This document shows, one piece after another, positions 12,391 through 25,491 of a stretch of 64,000 nt of DNA. Origin of the DNA: Phaeosaccion multiseriatum (lineage: Eukaryota; Protista; Ochrophyta, other classes); assembly GCA_965112735.1 (NCBI GenBank), contig OZ218951.1, positions 5,394,001 to 5,458,000 of the forward strand, written 5' to 3'. The notes beneath the pieces were generated by a model. The model was not told the DNA's origin and did not search any database. It was given only the letters and a program-made list of their open reading frames with translations. The position numbers were made by a program, and so were the translations under genes. The stretch's first letter is position 1, and each line of letters opens with the position of its first letter.

Positions 12391-12751
12391 TACCAAAGCA
12401 TTCATCACAAATCGCAGGGGAGGGGAAGTCCAAAACCGGAAACCCGCGCGTTATTTTTTCTCAACCCTCCCATTTTCAATTAGTTAGGTGATTCCTATTT
12501 AGTCAATATATATCCCCCCCCTTCCCAGCTAGCTGCAAACGCCGGCGTCAGATGGCGTGCTACCTGCTACCGGCCGGTCGATTTTCGAAGCGCTCGATTT
12601 TTCTAATTTCCGAGTTTCGGGAGAGCCTCCTTCCTTTCAAGAGACGTACTGTACCTCGATGTCTATACCGCCTCCGCCATGATGAAGCACTCCTTGACTC
12701 GGCCAGTGCCCTCAGTAGCCAGTTGAAGAGGTGGCTGGCGGAGGGGAAGAA

Positions 12752-12811
12752 TATCCATACGTAAGAGGTGGTTGTATCCATACGCAAGAAGTGTTTGTAT
12801 CCATACGTAAG
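12752..12811. repeat. Three 14-bp direct repeats TATCCATACGYAAG at 23-bp spacing (iteron-like)
   Basis: Copies at 12752, 12775, 12798. Confidence 0.85.
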
Positions 12812-13097
12812 GGGGGGGTTAGGAGCGACCTGACGCGCACACGGATTGCCTTGTCTGTGCCTCCCTCCCTCCCTCCCTCCCTCCCTCCCTCCCTCCCTCC
12901 CTCCCTCTCTTCCTCCCTCCCTCCCTCCATCCCTCCCTCCATCCCTCCGTCTCTCCCTTCCCTCCCTTCCCTCCCTCCCTCCCTCCCTCCCTCCCTCCCT
13001 CCCTCTCTCCCTTCCCTTCCTCCCTCCCTCCCTCCCTCCCTTCCTTCCTTCCTTCCCTCCCTCCCTTCCCTCTCTCCCTCCCTCCCTCCAGCCGCAC

Positions 13098-16000
13098 TTC
13101 CTCCTCCTCTGTCAAGGGCACGCGCAGCATCGGCTGCACAATGTCAAGCGCCACGTTGAGGCGAAGTCTGACTCTCACTCCATTCAAGTCAGAGGGCATA
13201 CTGGACAACGCCTCCTCCGAGTCTGGCGGTAACGCATCCCTCGGCGAAGGAGGGTCCTCTTGTGTCGCCGTCGCCGCTGCGGTCGCCGCCGGAGCACTCG
13301 CCTGGTGCTGCTGGAGGTGCGTGAAGAGCGCCCCTTGCAGGACGTACCTCAGCGCCTTGGCCACGAAGGGCATGTTGGCCACCACTGCGAGGCCCCGCAC
13401 TCGCATCTCCACCTTCACGCCCACCTCCACCACGTCGTCGTGCCCCGCTTCCCCCTTGCCCCCGAACAAGAGCAGAGCCATGGGTCCTTCCACTTGCAGG
13501 GTTGCACTCATGAGCGCCGTAGAGGAAGGCCGCCTGCCCCCGCCCCTGCTGCTTTCGTCCAGACTCGCCGAGCTAGATAGGTCCTCCTCTTCACAGGACT
13601 CGTCCTTGTCGTCGGCGTCGTGGTGGCGGTTGCCCCTCTGTCCCCCAAACACCTCACGGAGGAGGTATCCGCTGCCGTCGCCATCGAGGCTGATAGCATC
13701 GACCCCTCCCCCCGGGGGCGGAGCATGCACCGGCTGCTGACCCCGGCCTCCCTTCGGTCTTCTTCCTCCTCCTCCTCCTCCTCCTTCTCCTGCTGCTGCC
13801 ACTGCTGCCGCGAGTCTCTCGCCCGGTGTAGGCGCGGAGACGGTGATAACATCATAGAGGCGAATGTTTCGCAGCGTCGTTGTCAGCTGCGCCGCCTGCG
13901 TGTCCACCTGAGACAGACGGGGAGAGGGAGAGGGGGGGGAGGGGGTCAGGCAAAGGCGAGTCACTAACGAGTTGTGATGGGACGACATCCTTCTTATTGT
14001 ACCTTCAACGTGACGCCGATTCTCTCAAGGTCAACTGCGGCCACACCATTGCCACTGTCGTTCAAGCAGAAGGCAGCTCTATTGAGGCTCACAGCCACGA
14101 GCAGGGAGCGCTCCGGCACCACGACCTTTTGTCCGGCAGAGCCGCTGCTGGCCACCAAACCAAGCACGAAAGGTGAAAAGGAAAGACAAAAGAGTTAAGT
14201 CAAGTCTCATATCGAGGAATTCAATGGGGAGGAGTCTACTGCTTCGTTCCTGTCTCCCCCTTCCTTACCTTCCTCTCCTCGCTGGCGACCTGCCTTGTCC
14301 ACGGTCGCTCGCCCCCGCCTTCTTGCTCCCTCCCATGCTGCCGCCCGACTCGTCCACGAAGGCGGCCCCCGAGCTCTCCCTCCTCCTCCCCCTCCCCTCC
14401 GCCTCTCGCTCTACGCCATGCCCGAGCAGCGTGTGTCTGTCTGCGTCGTGCGCTGGCGCTCCCCCTCCCTCTCCTTCTCCACCATCGCTGCTGCTGCTGT
14501 TGCTACTACTACTGCTGCTTGGGGAGGCGGCGGCGAGCACCGCATTGGCCATGTTGAGGAGGATCAGCAGAGACGACTGCTCCACACCCACCTGCAGTAA
14601 CAGTACGGCATACACACATCACAAATGGTTGATTGATTGTGAGTCAGTTCACGTCAGCACACCATGTGTATCCGTCCCCACTGTCTCCCCCTCTTTTCCC
14701 CTTACCTCGAAGGCGTCCATCTCCAGACTCACTACGTGAGTTTCCGCGAGCTGCAACCGCCCGTTCTCCCTGCCTCTCCTGCCCCTCTCAGCTTCCGAGA
14801 CGACCTCTCTCGAGACAACGTAGGAAAGCTTCACAAACGACTTTCGGGGAGGCATAGTCGGCGCGGTGCCCAGGGGAGACACATGCATACCTACGAATGG
14901 GCGAAGGGGGGGCTTTCCGCCCTCTTCGCTTCTCCGACTCTTGCCGCGACTGCTGCCACTGCTGCCACCGGGAAGAGAGGGAGGACGCTTCCGACGGATT
15001 GCGCGAGTGGGATGTTCACGCCGCTCGTGCGTGCCTGAGCCAGAAGCTGGGCCAGCAGCTGGGCCAGAAGCACCGAAGGACACTCTTCGCCGCAGCTTCC
15101 TGCGCTGAGGCTCCGCTGCCCACACTGGGTTTGCTGGCGCGGAGGAGAACATGGTGAGGTCAGGAGTGGTAAAGGCCACCTCTGGCTCGCGCTCGCTCCG
15201 CTGCTGCTGCTTCTGCTGCCGGTGATGCGACCTCCTGCGGGACGACATGCCCACGCTCGCCCGCCCCGCACTCGTCCTCCTCTCCCTCTGCTGGAGAGCC
15301 TCCGACGCGAGGCAATCCGTCACCTCCAAGTCCTTGAGAGAGAGGCTCACCTCCGCTCCATGTGTCTGGCTGTGCAAGCGCGTCTCCAGCTCCTTGAGAG
15401 TCAGGACGACGGCGGGCTTCTCTCCCCCGTCCTCCGCGGTGTAGAGCAGGTCCACTCGGATGAGCGGCACAGTGAGGAACACCTTGCAGATCTCCCTGTT
15501 GGGCCCCTGAAAGCCCGCAGGGTACTCCGCCTCGTCTTCTTCGGCAGGTGGGCCCTGGCCCTGGCGGCTAGACAGCGCAAAGGCCGGGATGGGGCTGGCT
15601 GGCACGCCCCCCCCCTGGGACCCCCCCTGGGGTCATTAAGCGGCCCCCTGGGGTCATTAGGCGGGCGCTCGTGCTAACAGAAAGCGGGGCACCCCTCCTC
15701 CGCGGAGAATGAGGTCCTATCGCCTGTCTCGCGCCGCTCCCCTTGGTCGGGCTGCCAATGTTGTCGAGGAGGTTGGTGACATACCAGCTGTCCGCCAGGC
15801 TGTCCCCCACCGACGCGGCACCGTCGTTGCTGCCCTTCTGCGGCACGCACTCTTCCTCGGTCAAAGCCGTGCCGTTGCCGGTGCCAATGTCGGTGCCGTT
15901 GCCGTTGCTGAGGTGCAGATCGAGGCTGCCGCTGCTTCGCGCCTGCGGAAATCACATCAAGAGAAGCAATCAAAGGGTCAGGTCAGTCGGCATTAATCAA

Positions 16001-16679
16001 AGCGGGCGCCACTCTGACGCTCCTCCCCTCTCTCTGCTCTCTGCTGCTCGGAAAGTGCCAAACCTGCCCCCCATCCACTACCATCCCCGTGCCGGACCCA
16101 CCTGCTCGAAGGCCGAGTTCATGTCTCCGTATGTGCGCTGCAGGTCCTCGAGCTCCTCGTTGCACGCAATCAGCGCCTCCGCCACCCCCTGCGCGTTCTG
16201 GAGAGAGGGAGAGACGAGAGGGGAGAGGTCAGTGGGTGAGGTCAGCGGGATCTCCCTCGCCTCTTGCAGACGAGCGAGGAGACGTGTGAGAAACACACAT
16301 GTGTGTTGCCCGCCCCCCCCCCTCCGGCTTCACTCACCATGGGACTCTTGAGCTGCTGTTCCAATCGCCGCCGCTCCTCGTGAAGCACTGCGAAACGCTG
16401 CTCCACCTCACTCACCAGGTCCCTTTTCGTTTGGAAAGAAAAAAAAAAGAGAAAAACGACGAGGACAAAAGAGGACAAGTCGCCTGTATATTGTTGCCTC
16501 CCTTCCTGTCTCTCCGACATGCACCAGTCGGCGCAGGCATTAGCAGCACGAAGGGTTGACCTTCCTTCCTCGTCTTCCCCTTCTTACCTGGCGTCCTGGA
16601 AGCTCAGAGAGTCCTCACTGTCGGTCAGTTGAACAACCTCGTCCCCCCCGAAGTACGTCTGGTGTATGTTCCGCTGCAT
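13098..16679 (-). pseudogene. Internal fragment of a VPS13-like (repeating beta-groove) lipid-transfer gene
   Basis: RBG-type strands: VFLTVPLIRVDL, VSLSLKDLEVTD, LTTTLRNIRLYD, VRGLAVVANMPFVAKALRYV, LRLNVALDIVQPMLRVP. No chorein N-terminus or VAB/PH C-terminus in the window. +1 frameshift in the C9 run at 15607-15615. Confidence 0.6.
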
Positions 16680-16923
16680 GTCGCCAGTCAGTCGAAAGAT
16701 GAGAGAAATGAAACGGAAACTGCACACCACACTTGCTCTTTTTGGTTTTGCTAAAACCGTTGAAGATCCCAAGTGTGGACGTTATCAATATTGGGTATCC
16801 CACAGACCCCAATAATGATCATATCACAACACACGTACGACAAAGTAGAGCACCCAAACCTCTCCGAAGAAAGCCGCAGCGGCGGCAGTTGCAGCAACAG
16901 CAGCTACGCGAATTGGGATCATC

Positions 16924-18059
16924 ATGAGGGGTGTCAGCGCACAGGTGATTTGGGGGCACATTTTTCCCTCTCTCTATTTACTCTGTCTAAACACTAAACA
17001 CCGTCTTTGTGCTTTCCTGCGCAGGCCACGTTTCTCTACAATATGCTGATCCAAAGCGAGCCAGATCTCCACAACATCCGAGTGGCTGTGAAGGCATACA
17101 TCGTCGAGCAAGGAGGGGGGAAGGCGTGCCTGGAGAAGGGCATCAACGAAGCAGGATTCACTGCGTTGTGCCTCGCGGCGGCTTTCAACCGAGGTAACGT
17201 CGTCCGTATGCTGCTCCAAGAAGGGGCATGTCCAAACACTCGTTCAGGACCCGAAGGCGACACTCCGCTGACGGTGGCCAGCCTTCAAGGGTTGGAGGAT
17301 ATCGTCCATCAACTGATCGATGCAGGAGCCAAAGTGAATGCAGCAAGTGGGGATGGGAAAACGCCCCTGTACACGGCTTGTGAGAAGGGTCGCGTTGCCC
17401 TCATTGGAAAACTCGTCGCCTGGGGCGCTACCATCGAACAACAAGATAAGAAAGGGATGAATGTGCTTCTTCACGCGGCATTCGCTGGGCAACTCTCTGT
17501 AGTGAACGCTCTGCTTACGGCCGGCGCACGTGTCGATGCAGTAGGGGGCCCGGAAAACGCCACGGCCCTCTGTTTCGCTGCTCAACAGGGCCATCCTAAA
17601 GTGGCCCAGGCACTGCTCTCGGCAGGCGCGGAGGTGGACATGGTGCGCTCAGATGGCTTCTCTCCTCTTCATATTGCGGCTCAGCTGGGCCATGTATCGG
17701 TGATCCGTGTGCTCATATCTGCGGGGGCGGAGGTGGACAAGAAGGGAGGCGCTCGGACCTCCCTACTGGGAGCAGCATACTACAACCACGAGGGGGCCAT
17801 ACAGGAGCTTCTTAAGGCAGGGGCATCCGTTGCCGAGGCCGTAAAGATGGCTACAACACTGCGCCTGCGCGATGCACCCAATCGACTCGTGGCCGCCGAG
17901 AAGCGCTATTTCGACTCTCTGGGTGTGACGGGCGTGATGGAGGCGTGCGATCGCATCTGCTGGCAGAAGGAGGGGCGCAGTCAGCAGCACGGAGGGCCGT
18001 TGCAGAGGGGGCTTCGCCCCGAAGCGCTGCAGGAGATTGCCACTGAAGGACCTTTTTGA
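16924..18059 (+). CDS. Ankyrin-repeat protein 1 (about 7 repeats + conserved C-terminal tail), 2 exons
   Basis: Exon 1 16924-16944 (MRGVSAQ), phase-0 intron, exon 2 17025-18059. Repeated G.TPL..A...G...VV..LL..GA.V motifs. Confidence 0.9.
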
Positions 18060-18612
18060 GGGACGACGAGCGAAAGATGGCACTGTATGTGCACATAGAT
18101 ATAGGCCAAGAGACGCGGAGTCATATTACATGCGAAGTACTACCCTTGACCACACCCTACGTGGAAGTTCGTGACGCTCAGTCAGTTGCTCTCGATGCTG
18201 TGGGTGCTGTCGGTGCTGGCTTCTTATGCGCCCCTCTTCTCTTGGAACAAGATTCGACTTCCAGAAAAACAAGAAAGATACAATGTCCCATCACATCTCT
18301 TCTTTTTCCGATTAAGGAAGCCTCTTCTACTCTTCCTCGACATGCGAGCGAGGAGAGGCTCGCGGTGGCGCTTTGGTCCCTCTCTCTCTCCCTCCCCCCC
18401 CCTCTGTCCCTGTCCCTCTTCTCTCACACCCACTCACTCTCTCCCTCCCCTAACCTCTCTCCACCTCTCTTTCTCCCCTCTGTGCGTGTGGCTTCTGGCT
18501 CCATCCAGTTAGTTTGCCGGTCGCAACCTCTCCCACCCACCTCGTCCTTGCACCTTACAATAGCAAACAAAAGCACCACCTAGTCCGATCTACAATGGTA
18601 TATACCCCCCGC

Positions 18613-20526
18613 CTACCAAGGCTGTCCCAAGATACTGCCCTTCACTCTCGGTGGCCTGTCGTAGGGGGAAGACATGACCCACCGCGGCGGGTGTGCCAAC
18701 AGAGCGCCAGGGCTCCCGTCGTCCTTACACAAGGCCGTTACCGTCCTGCTCCACTCGGCAAAAGTCATGTGGCTGCTAAACTCCAAACTCAGGCGGTCCC
18801 GCCCTCGCCTCGAGTAGTACTCCTGCCAGAACCACAGCAGCTGGCGGAAGGACGAAAGAATCCTCTCTCCCGACCAAGAGCTCTTGGTATGGTCGTCTTC
18901 GTCGTCGTCATTCCCCTCCCCCCGGGCCCCGTCTTCTCCTCCTCCACCTCCTCCTCCACAGCTCGCGCCGCTCGTACGACCTCGTCCTCCTGCTCCCCCT
19001 CCTGCTGCCACCGCTGCTGCTGCTGCTGATGCGGTGGCTTCCTCTCCCTCTGCCTCTCCCTGTGCCCCTTCGTCCTCGTCGCCGTCGGAGAGAAGGTCTG
19101 CGTAGCCAATACCATAGCCCACACCTGGTCCTCCCCCTCCTTCTCCATGCCGCTGCTGCTGCGGCGGCGACGGCGTCGCGCTCGAGGCTCCTCCTCCTAC
19201 GCTCCCCAGGAGATTCACCCACGACGACCCAGTAGCCAATCTTGGACCAGCACCATCACCACTGGCACTCGCTTCGCCAAGCTCGCCCCCACCCCCATTC
19301 GTACAGGCAGGCAAAGATTCCGCGGTCGATGTCGACACTACTGTCGAAGAAGAAGATGCTGCCGAGACCGCCTCAACAGCTCCCGAACCCCTCCCCGTCG
19401 TTGGCTTAGTCGTCGTCGTGGTGGTCGAAGCCGAGGAGGAACGGAAGAAGCTCGCCTTATCCCTCGGGCCAAGTCGCCGCACAGCCTCCAGCACCTCTGG
19501 CATCCGGCCCATCCGATCCACTTGCACGAGCATGGTGATGATGGTGTTGAGGCAGCAAATGTTCTCGTGGTTCACATTCTGCACATCCACCACCCCCATC
19601 AGGTCGCGGAGCAGTCGCGGAAGGTTCTCCAGGAGAAAGCGCTGCACGCGACACACAACGCCTCCTTCTCCTCCTCCTCCTCCTCCGTGTCCGGGGGGAT
19701 CCGTCCCGGCCCCTCTACCTCTGGCGGTGGTGGTGGTGGTGGCAGTGACGTGTCCTTCTTCCTGAGCTGTTGGTACAACGGGTGCCGCCTCCGCCACTTG
19801 TGCATCGACCGCCGCTGCAGCAGCAGTTGGTGATACAGCGGGTTCGTTCGTGGAAGAAAGGGCCCCTGCTGCAGTGCCCATATCGACATCCATATCCGCA
19901 CCATCACCCCCCTCTCCCTCCACCTCCACGTCTTCCTCCACCACGGTTTCCGCATCCTCATCGTCGCTATCCCGGCCCTCCCTCGACGCCAAAACTGCCA
20001 TCTGCCCCCCTTCCTGCACAGAGACGGCGCTCTCATACCCGTGGTCACTGCTGTTGCCGCTCACGCTGCTGACCCTGCTTCTCACTCCACTGGCATGGCT
20101 CAGGCCGCTTGCATACTCTCCACTGCTGCCCGTCTCTGTACTGCTGCAATCACTCGTCCTCCTGCCACGTCCCGCTTGATCTCCCTCTCCTCCTTCCTCC
20201 CCTCCCTCCCCTCCCTGCCCCTCTCGCATGCGCGTGCCTGCCAAGTGTGCCTGTACAGTCCTGGTTGCCTCCGACAGCGCCTCCATGGCCATGGAGTCGT
20301 CGACAAGCTCCCCCTCGCGGGGCTGCTGTATCACCAATTGCTCACCCCCGTACAGCCCCTCCGCAGCCGCCGCAGCCACCAACGCCGAGGAGGAAAGCAC
20401 TGACAGCGACACTTCACCTGAGCCAGAGCCAGAGTCCAAGCCTGCTCCCTCGCCCTTGCCCTTCTTCTGGCCTTGCCCAACGGCCTTGCTGCCTTTCCGC
20501 TTCCTCTCCGCCGACGCTGGTGCTCC

Positions 20527-20567
<41 letters not shown>

Positions 20568-21380
20568 CTCCTGCTGCTCCAGCTCCTGTTGCTGGCGGTG
20601 CTACTGGTGCTGTATCACCAACTGCCGCATCAGCTGCTGCATCTCGTAGCAAGGTGGGCTGCACATCGATCCACGAATGTTCCAGGTACGAGGCATCGCA
20701 CGCCTTCACAGCGGCCTTGGAGATGTACGAAGTTTGAGTTTGAGTTTGACCTTCCCGCTTGCGCACCCTCTTCCTCTTGCCTCCACCTGCGCCCTTGCTC
20801 TTACCAAGATTGCCGCTCGGCCACCATACTCCTCCCCTCTCCTCTCCGCTCCCGTCAACACCACCACTGCTACTCAACCCCTCCATCTCGGCATCCTCGC
20901 TACCGCTGCTGCTGCTGCTGCTGCTGCCGCTGCTGCTCCAACCCCCTGCACCAATACCATCGCCAGCTGTTGCAGCATGCCAGTCCAGCTGGTGCCTCGC
21001 TCTCCCTGCCTCGCGCTCCCCCTCCCCATCGCCGCCCCCGCCCCCGCCCGGGTCCCGTCTATACATGCCCTCGCTGGCCCCAAAGTGGTCCATTGACAAG
21101 AACAGAGAGCGCACAAAAACATTGCTGTCCACAAGGTCCTTAACCACTACCCGTGTCAGCCGTCGGACCTGCAGAAGTTGGTGATACAGCAGCAGCAGCA
21201 GCAGTAGCAGTAGGTAAAGGAAAAGGGGGGAGGTGGCGAGGGGGGCAGGAAGGGCGAAGAAGGAGAGGTTTTAGTCGGTCGTCAGTGAACAAACAGGACA
21301 TTCAGGAGCTGAGGAGCTGAAGGCATTAAATAAGGTAGGAAGTAAACGGGAGACACACACACATACACACACATACACAC

Positions 21381-21438
<58 letters not shown>

Positions 21439-22701
21439 CAGCCCACCCCCACCCACCCACCTGCCGCTCCGTCATGCCGCAGTCCAGCACGCCGAGCAGG
21501 GCGGGGTTGCCTTTGCACAGCTCTCCAAGTAAGTCGAACACGGTCTGCAGAGAGCCTGCTGTACGTAGCCCTGAACTCGTTATCTCGTCCATAAGGAATT
21601 GCAGCAGGCCCTGGGAGTGGAGAGGAGAGAGGAGAGTGAGGGTGAGAATGAGGGGAAGGGGGGGGGGGAAGGGAAGCGGTGATTCGCTTCGTTCGGTGGT
21701 TGCTTGGTTGAGACGGGGGGGGGGGGGGGGGGGGGGATTTCGACCAGAGGGAGCAGAAGGAAGCGGTAGGACAGCAAAGGGGAGCAAAACGGCAGCCCAC
21801 GCACGCACTACCGCACCGTGTGGGCGATGAAGAGCTGCTCCTGCCTCGTGGCGCCCCTGAGGAAGGCCTCCGCGCAGCTTGCCAGCCAGAAGCGGTAGAT
21901 GCTGTCCGACGGCTCCTCCATCACCACCCGCACGATGCTCGTCAGCAGCCCACGCCTGGTGCCGCCCACCCCAATGCCGCCGTTGCGCTGAGCTTCACCC
22001 CTTCCTCCTCCCTCTGCTGCTGCCCCTCCCCCTGCTCCTGCGGCTCCGGCTTCCACTCCGGCACTGCCACTGTCCACGGGGGGCCAGCCCGAAGAGATCT
22101 CCCTCGGCGCGTCATCCACACGACCTCCTCTGAGCTGCTGGTACAGGATGTTGGGTCCTTGCGTGCTGAACTCCCCATTTGCAAGCAGCTCCTGTTTGGT
22201 TGTTAGGACCAAGTCGAGTGGAGGGAGGGAGAGAGCGAAGCAAGGGGGACGTTGCGGTGTGAGCTGAGCGAAACAAGTCGTCACATGCACCGTTTGGGTC
22301 GAATGGGATAAGGGATAGGAACAACCCGGTAAGCCTTCCCCCCCCAGTTTGACTTACTGACTTACTGACTTACTGACTTACCCTCTCACTGGCAGAGAGC
22401 ATCCGTGCCTTGGGGCCGTTGTTTCGGCAGTCCCGATCGCAGAAGTTGTGTACCAGCCGGAGGTACTGAGGAGGGACATGACATGAGGCATAAGTCAGTA
22501 TGGGAGGGGCATGATAAGTCAGTAAAGGCTATCATAAGTCAGAAGTCGGTAAGGGGGGAAGAACAAGCAGTGTCTCAGAGTAGCCGATTGTGCACACGGA
22601 CATAAAGTAAACGTACCTGCACGCGCAGAGCCGAGTCGGGGTTACACTCACATCCCGGTCCGTGGATGCCCTCGGCGGGGTGGGGCCTGAGAAAGAGACA
22701 G

Positions 22702-22765
<64 letters not shown>

Positions 22766-25402
22766 TGTAGTCAGTTGCCCATCCCCCTTCCGCACCATAC
22801 GCTGCCATACGCTTCCCATGTGCTTCCACCTACTGTCATACGATCATGACAAAAAGCACCTACGCATGTCCGTACGTATTTAGGTAAGTATACTTGCAAC
22901 ATGCTTACGTGTTTGGGGTGGGTGACCCCCAATCAAGCCTCCAAAACATTGTGGCAAGGGCCTCAACCATACCCAATTCCGCGAGGAGGGCCTGCACATC
23001 GGGCTTGCGACGGTTACTCAGGAGGGTGCACTGACGGGGTAGGGGGATGGCAGTGGATGGGGTGGGATGGTAGTGGATGGGGTGGGAGGGGAGGGTGGGG
23101 TGGGGTGGGGTTGGGTGGGAGGAGGGGGAGGAGAGAGGAGGGAGGAGAGAGGGGGAGGAGGAGTGGGGAGGAAGGAGGTATGGAGAAGGAGTGGGGGGGG
23201 CGGGGGGGAGGGGGGAGGAGGGAGGGGAGGGGAGGGAGGAGGGGGGAGGAGGGAGGGAGGAGGGGGGAGGAGGGAGGGAGGAGGAGGGAGGGGAGGGGAG
23301 GGAGGAGGGAGGGAGGAGGGAGGGAGAAGGGAGGAGGAGCGGGGGGGGGGGGGGGGAGGGGGGAGGGCAGGGCCAGGAGTGAGACAGACTAGCGCGACTT
23401 GGTGTGAGGGGGATCTCACTCCCTCTCCCTCGATCCCTCGCTCCCTTCCTCCCTCCTTCCCTCCCTTCCTCCCTCCCTCCCTCCCTCCCTTCCTCCCTCT
23501 CTCTCTCTCTCTCCCACCCCTCCCTCCCTCTCTCCCTCCCACTGACTTACTCACCAATACAAAGAGCACCTCCACCTGATGCGGTGCAAGAAGCATGGCA
23601 TTTAGTTGCAACTCGCCCTTCGCCTCTCGCAGCGACCGCCCCATCGATCGGCTATGGCTACTCCCCCCCCGCCCTCCACCTCCTCCTCCTCCTCCTCCTC
23701 CTCCTCCTCCTCCTCCTCCTCCTCCTCCTCCTCCTCCTCCTCCTCCTCCCCCTCCTCCCCCTCTCCCTCCTTCGCCAGCCGCCACGGGTACGTCGGCCGA
23801 AAGATGGCGCCGACGACCTTCTTCGCCTGCTGTACTACCAACTGATGCAGTTGCTGGCGCGATCCCCACATCTTCCGGTCTTCCTCCTCCCCCTCCTGCT
23901 GATCCTGCCGCTCCTGCTGCTCCAATGTCAAGGCCCATGAGGTTAGTCAGCTGCGCCATCTGTGAAATGTCCATGCTCCCTGACGACAGGAGGGGCGACA
24001 GCATGTCAACAAAGTCTCCCAGCTCCATCACGCCCCCTCCTCCTCCAGCACCAGCAGCTGGTGGCAAGCCCCACCCATCCATCCTAGGAGGGGGAGGAGG
24101 AGGAGGAGGGGGAGGGGGAGGCGGAGGGGACTCGGCTCTGCTTCTTCCACCGAACCAGCGCCAGCCCCCAAAGCGAGAGGATGGGGCAGCAGGTGGGACA
24201 GGCTCGGTACTACTTGCTGGAGCAGCACCAGCGCCAGCGCCAGCACCAGCACCAGCGCCAGCACCAGCACCAGCACCAGTGTCGCTCGCAGGTCGGCTAC
24301 TGAACGCCGACGTTGACGGCAACGAAGCAGCAGCAGCAGCAGCGGTCGAAGATAAAGAAGAAGTAGGAGGAGGCGATGATGAAGAAGAGTGCGAGTCCAC
24401 GATGTCCCTGAGCTGCTGCAAGTAGGTCCAATTGTTGTTCCTATTGCTCACCGAGCGTATGTTGAGCAACACATCCATCTGAAACGCCATCCCCCCCAGC
24501 CCCCCGGGGGGCGGGCCAAGGCCGTGGGCCTGTGCCTGAGTGGGGGGATGAAGATGCATCATTTGGATGCCCATAGGCATGCCCCCCTGGGCACCGGGAT
24601 GATCGTCCCCCCCTGGGTGCCCTCCCCCCCCGGGGCCGTGGCTGTGCCCGTGTGGAGAGGGGGGGAGGAAGTTGAGCACGTGAAGGAGCTCCACGAGGCG
24701 GGGAAGCATCTCCGGCATGGACAGGATGATGGCCTGGTGGGTGTCAGGACAGGTCAGGGGTGTCAGGACCGGATGAGAGAGGGTGTCAATTCCGGGTGAA
24801 AAAGTGGGTCAGAATGGGGGGGGTGTGAGGATGATGGAAGGGAAATGAGTGAGTGAGTGAGTGAGTGAGTGAGTGAGTGAGTGAGTGAGTGAGTGAGTGA
24901 GTGAGTGAGAGAGTGAGTGAGTGTCAGGACAGGTAAGGGGTGTCAGGATGAGAATCAAGATTACGAGGAGGATTGTACGGACGATGTGTGTCGACACCCA
25001 TCCCGAGGGTGTGTGTGTATGCGTCTGTGTGTGCTTGCATGTGTGTGTCTCTCTCTCTGCGTGTGTGTGTGTGTGACTGATGCTTCTTGTTGGGACCCCA
25101 CTCCCTCCCTCGCCCCCTCCCTCCATCCTCACTCACTTGGTTCTTATCCACCAGCGAGTTGGCCCTTGCCACTCTATCCCTCCTCAGCTGCAGCAACTCC
25201 ACCGACCGCAGCACCCTGCTGCTCTCCATGAGCTGCCTGTCCTCGGGTTCGAACACCAGCAGCGCCAGCACTTTGCAAAAGTGCGCGAATTGCACTGTCG
25301 TCAAGCCGCGGATGAGGGCGTATAAACCAGGCACCTGTTGTAGTTTTTGTTGACATAGTGATTTGCGTAACACCTAAGTTACGATACATGTATATATATA
25401 CA

Positions 25403-25436
<34 letters not shown>

Positions 25437-25437
25437 C

Positions 25438-25491
<54 letters not shown>

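Larger units (their letters stand above)
8650..12815 (+). mobile_element. Putative HUH-endonuclease (Replitron-like or endogenous ssDNA-replicon-derived) element; boundaries approximate
   Basis: Rep-like gene, internal tandem amplifications, iteron-like repeats at the right end, none of the microsatellites typical of host introns, and it abuts a truncated VPS13 gene. Termini not proven. Confidence 0.45.

Noticed and set aside
12752-12811. CRISPR mini-array
   Set aside because: 9-bp spacers are mutually similar; this is a 23-bp tandem repeat.
8650-12815. Complete endogenous CRESS virus or canonical Helitron
   Set aside because: No capsid, no SF3 or PIF1 helicase, no NANTATTAC stem-loop or hairpin-CTRR end that I could find.
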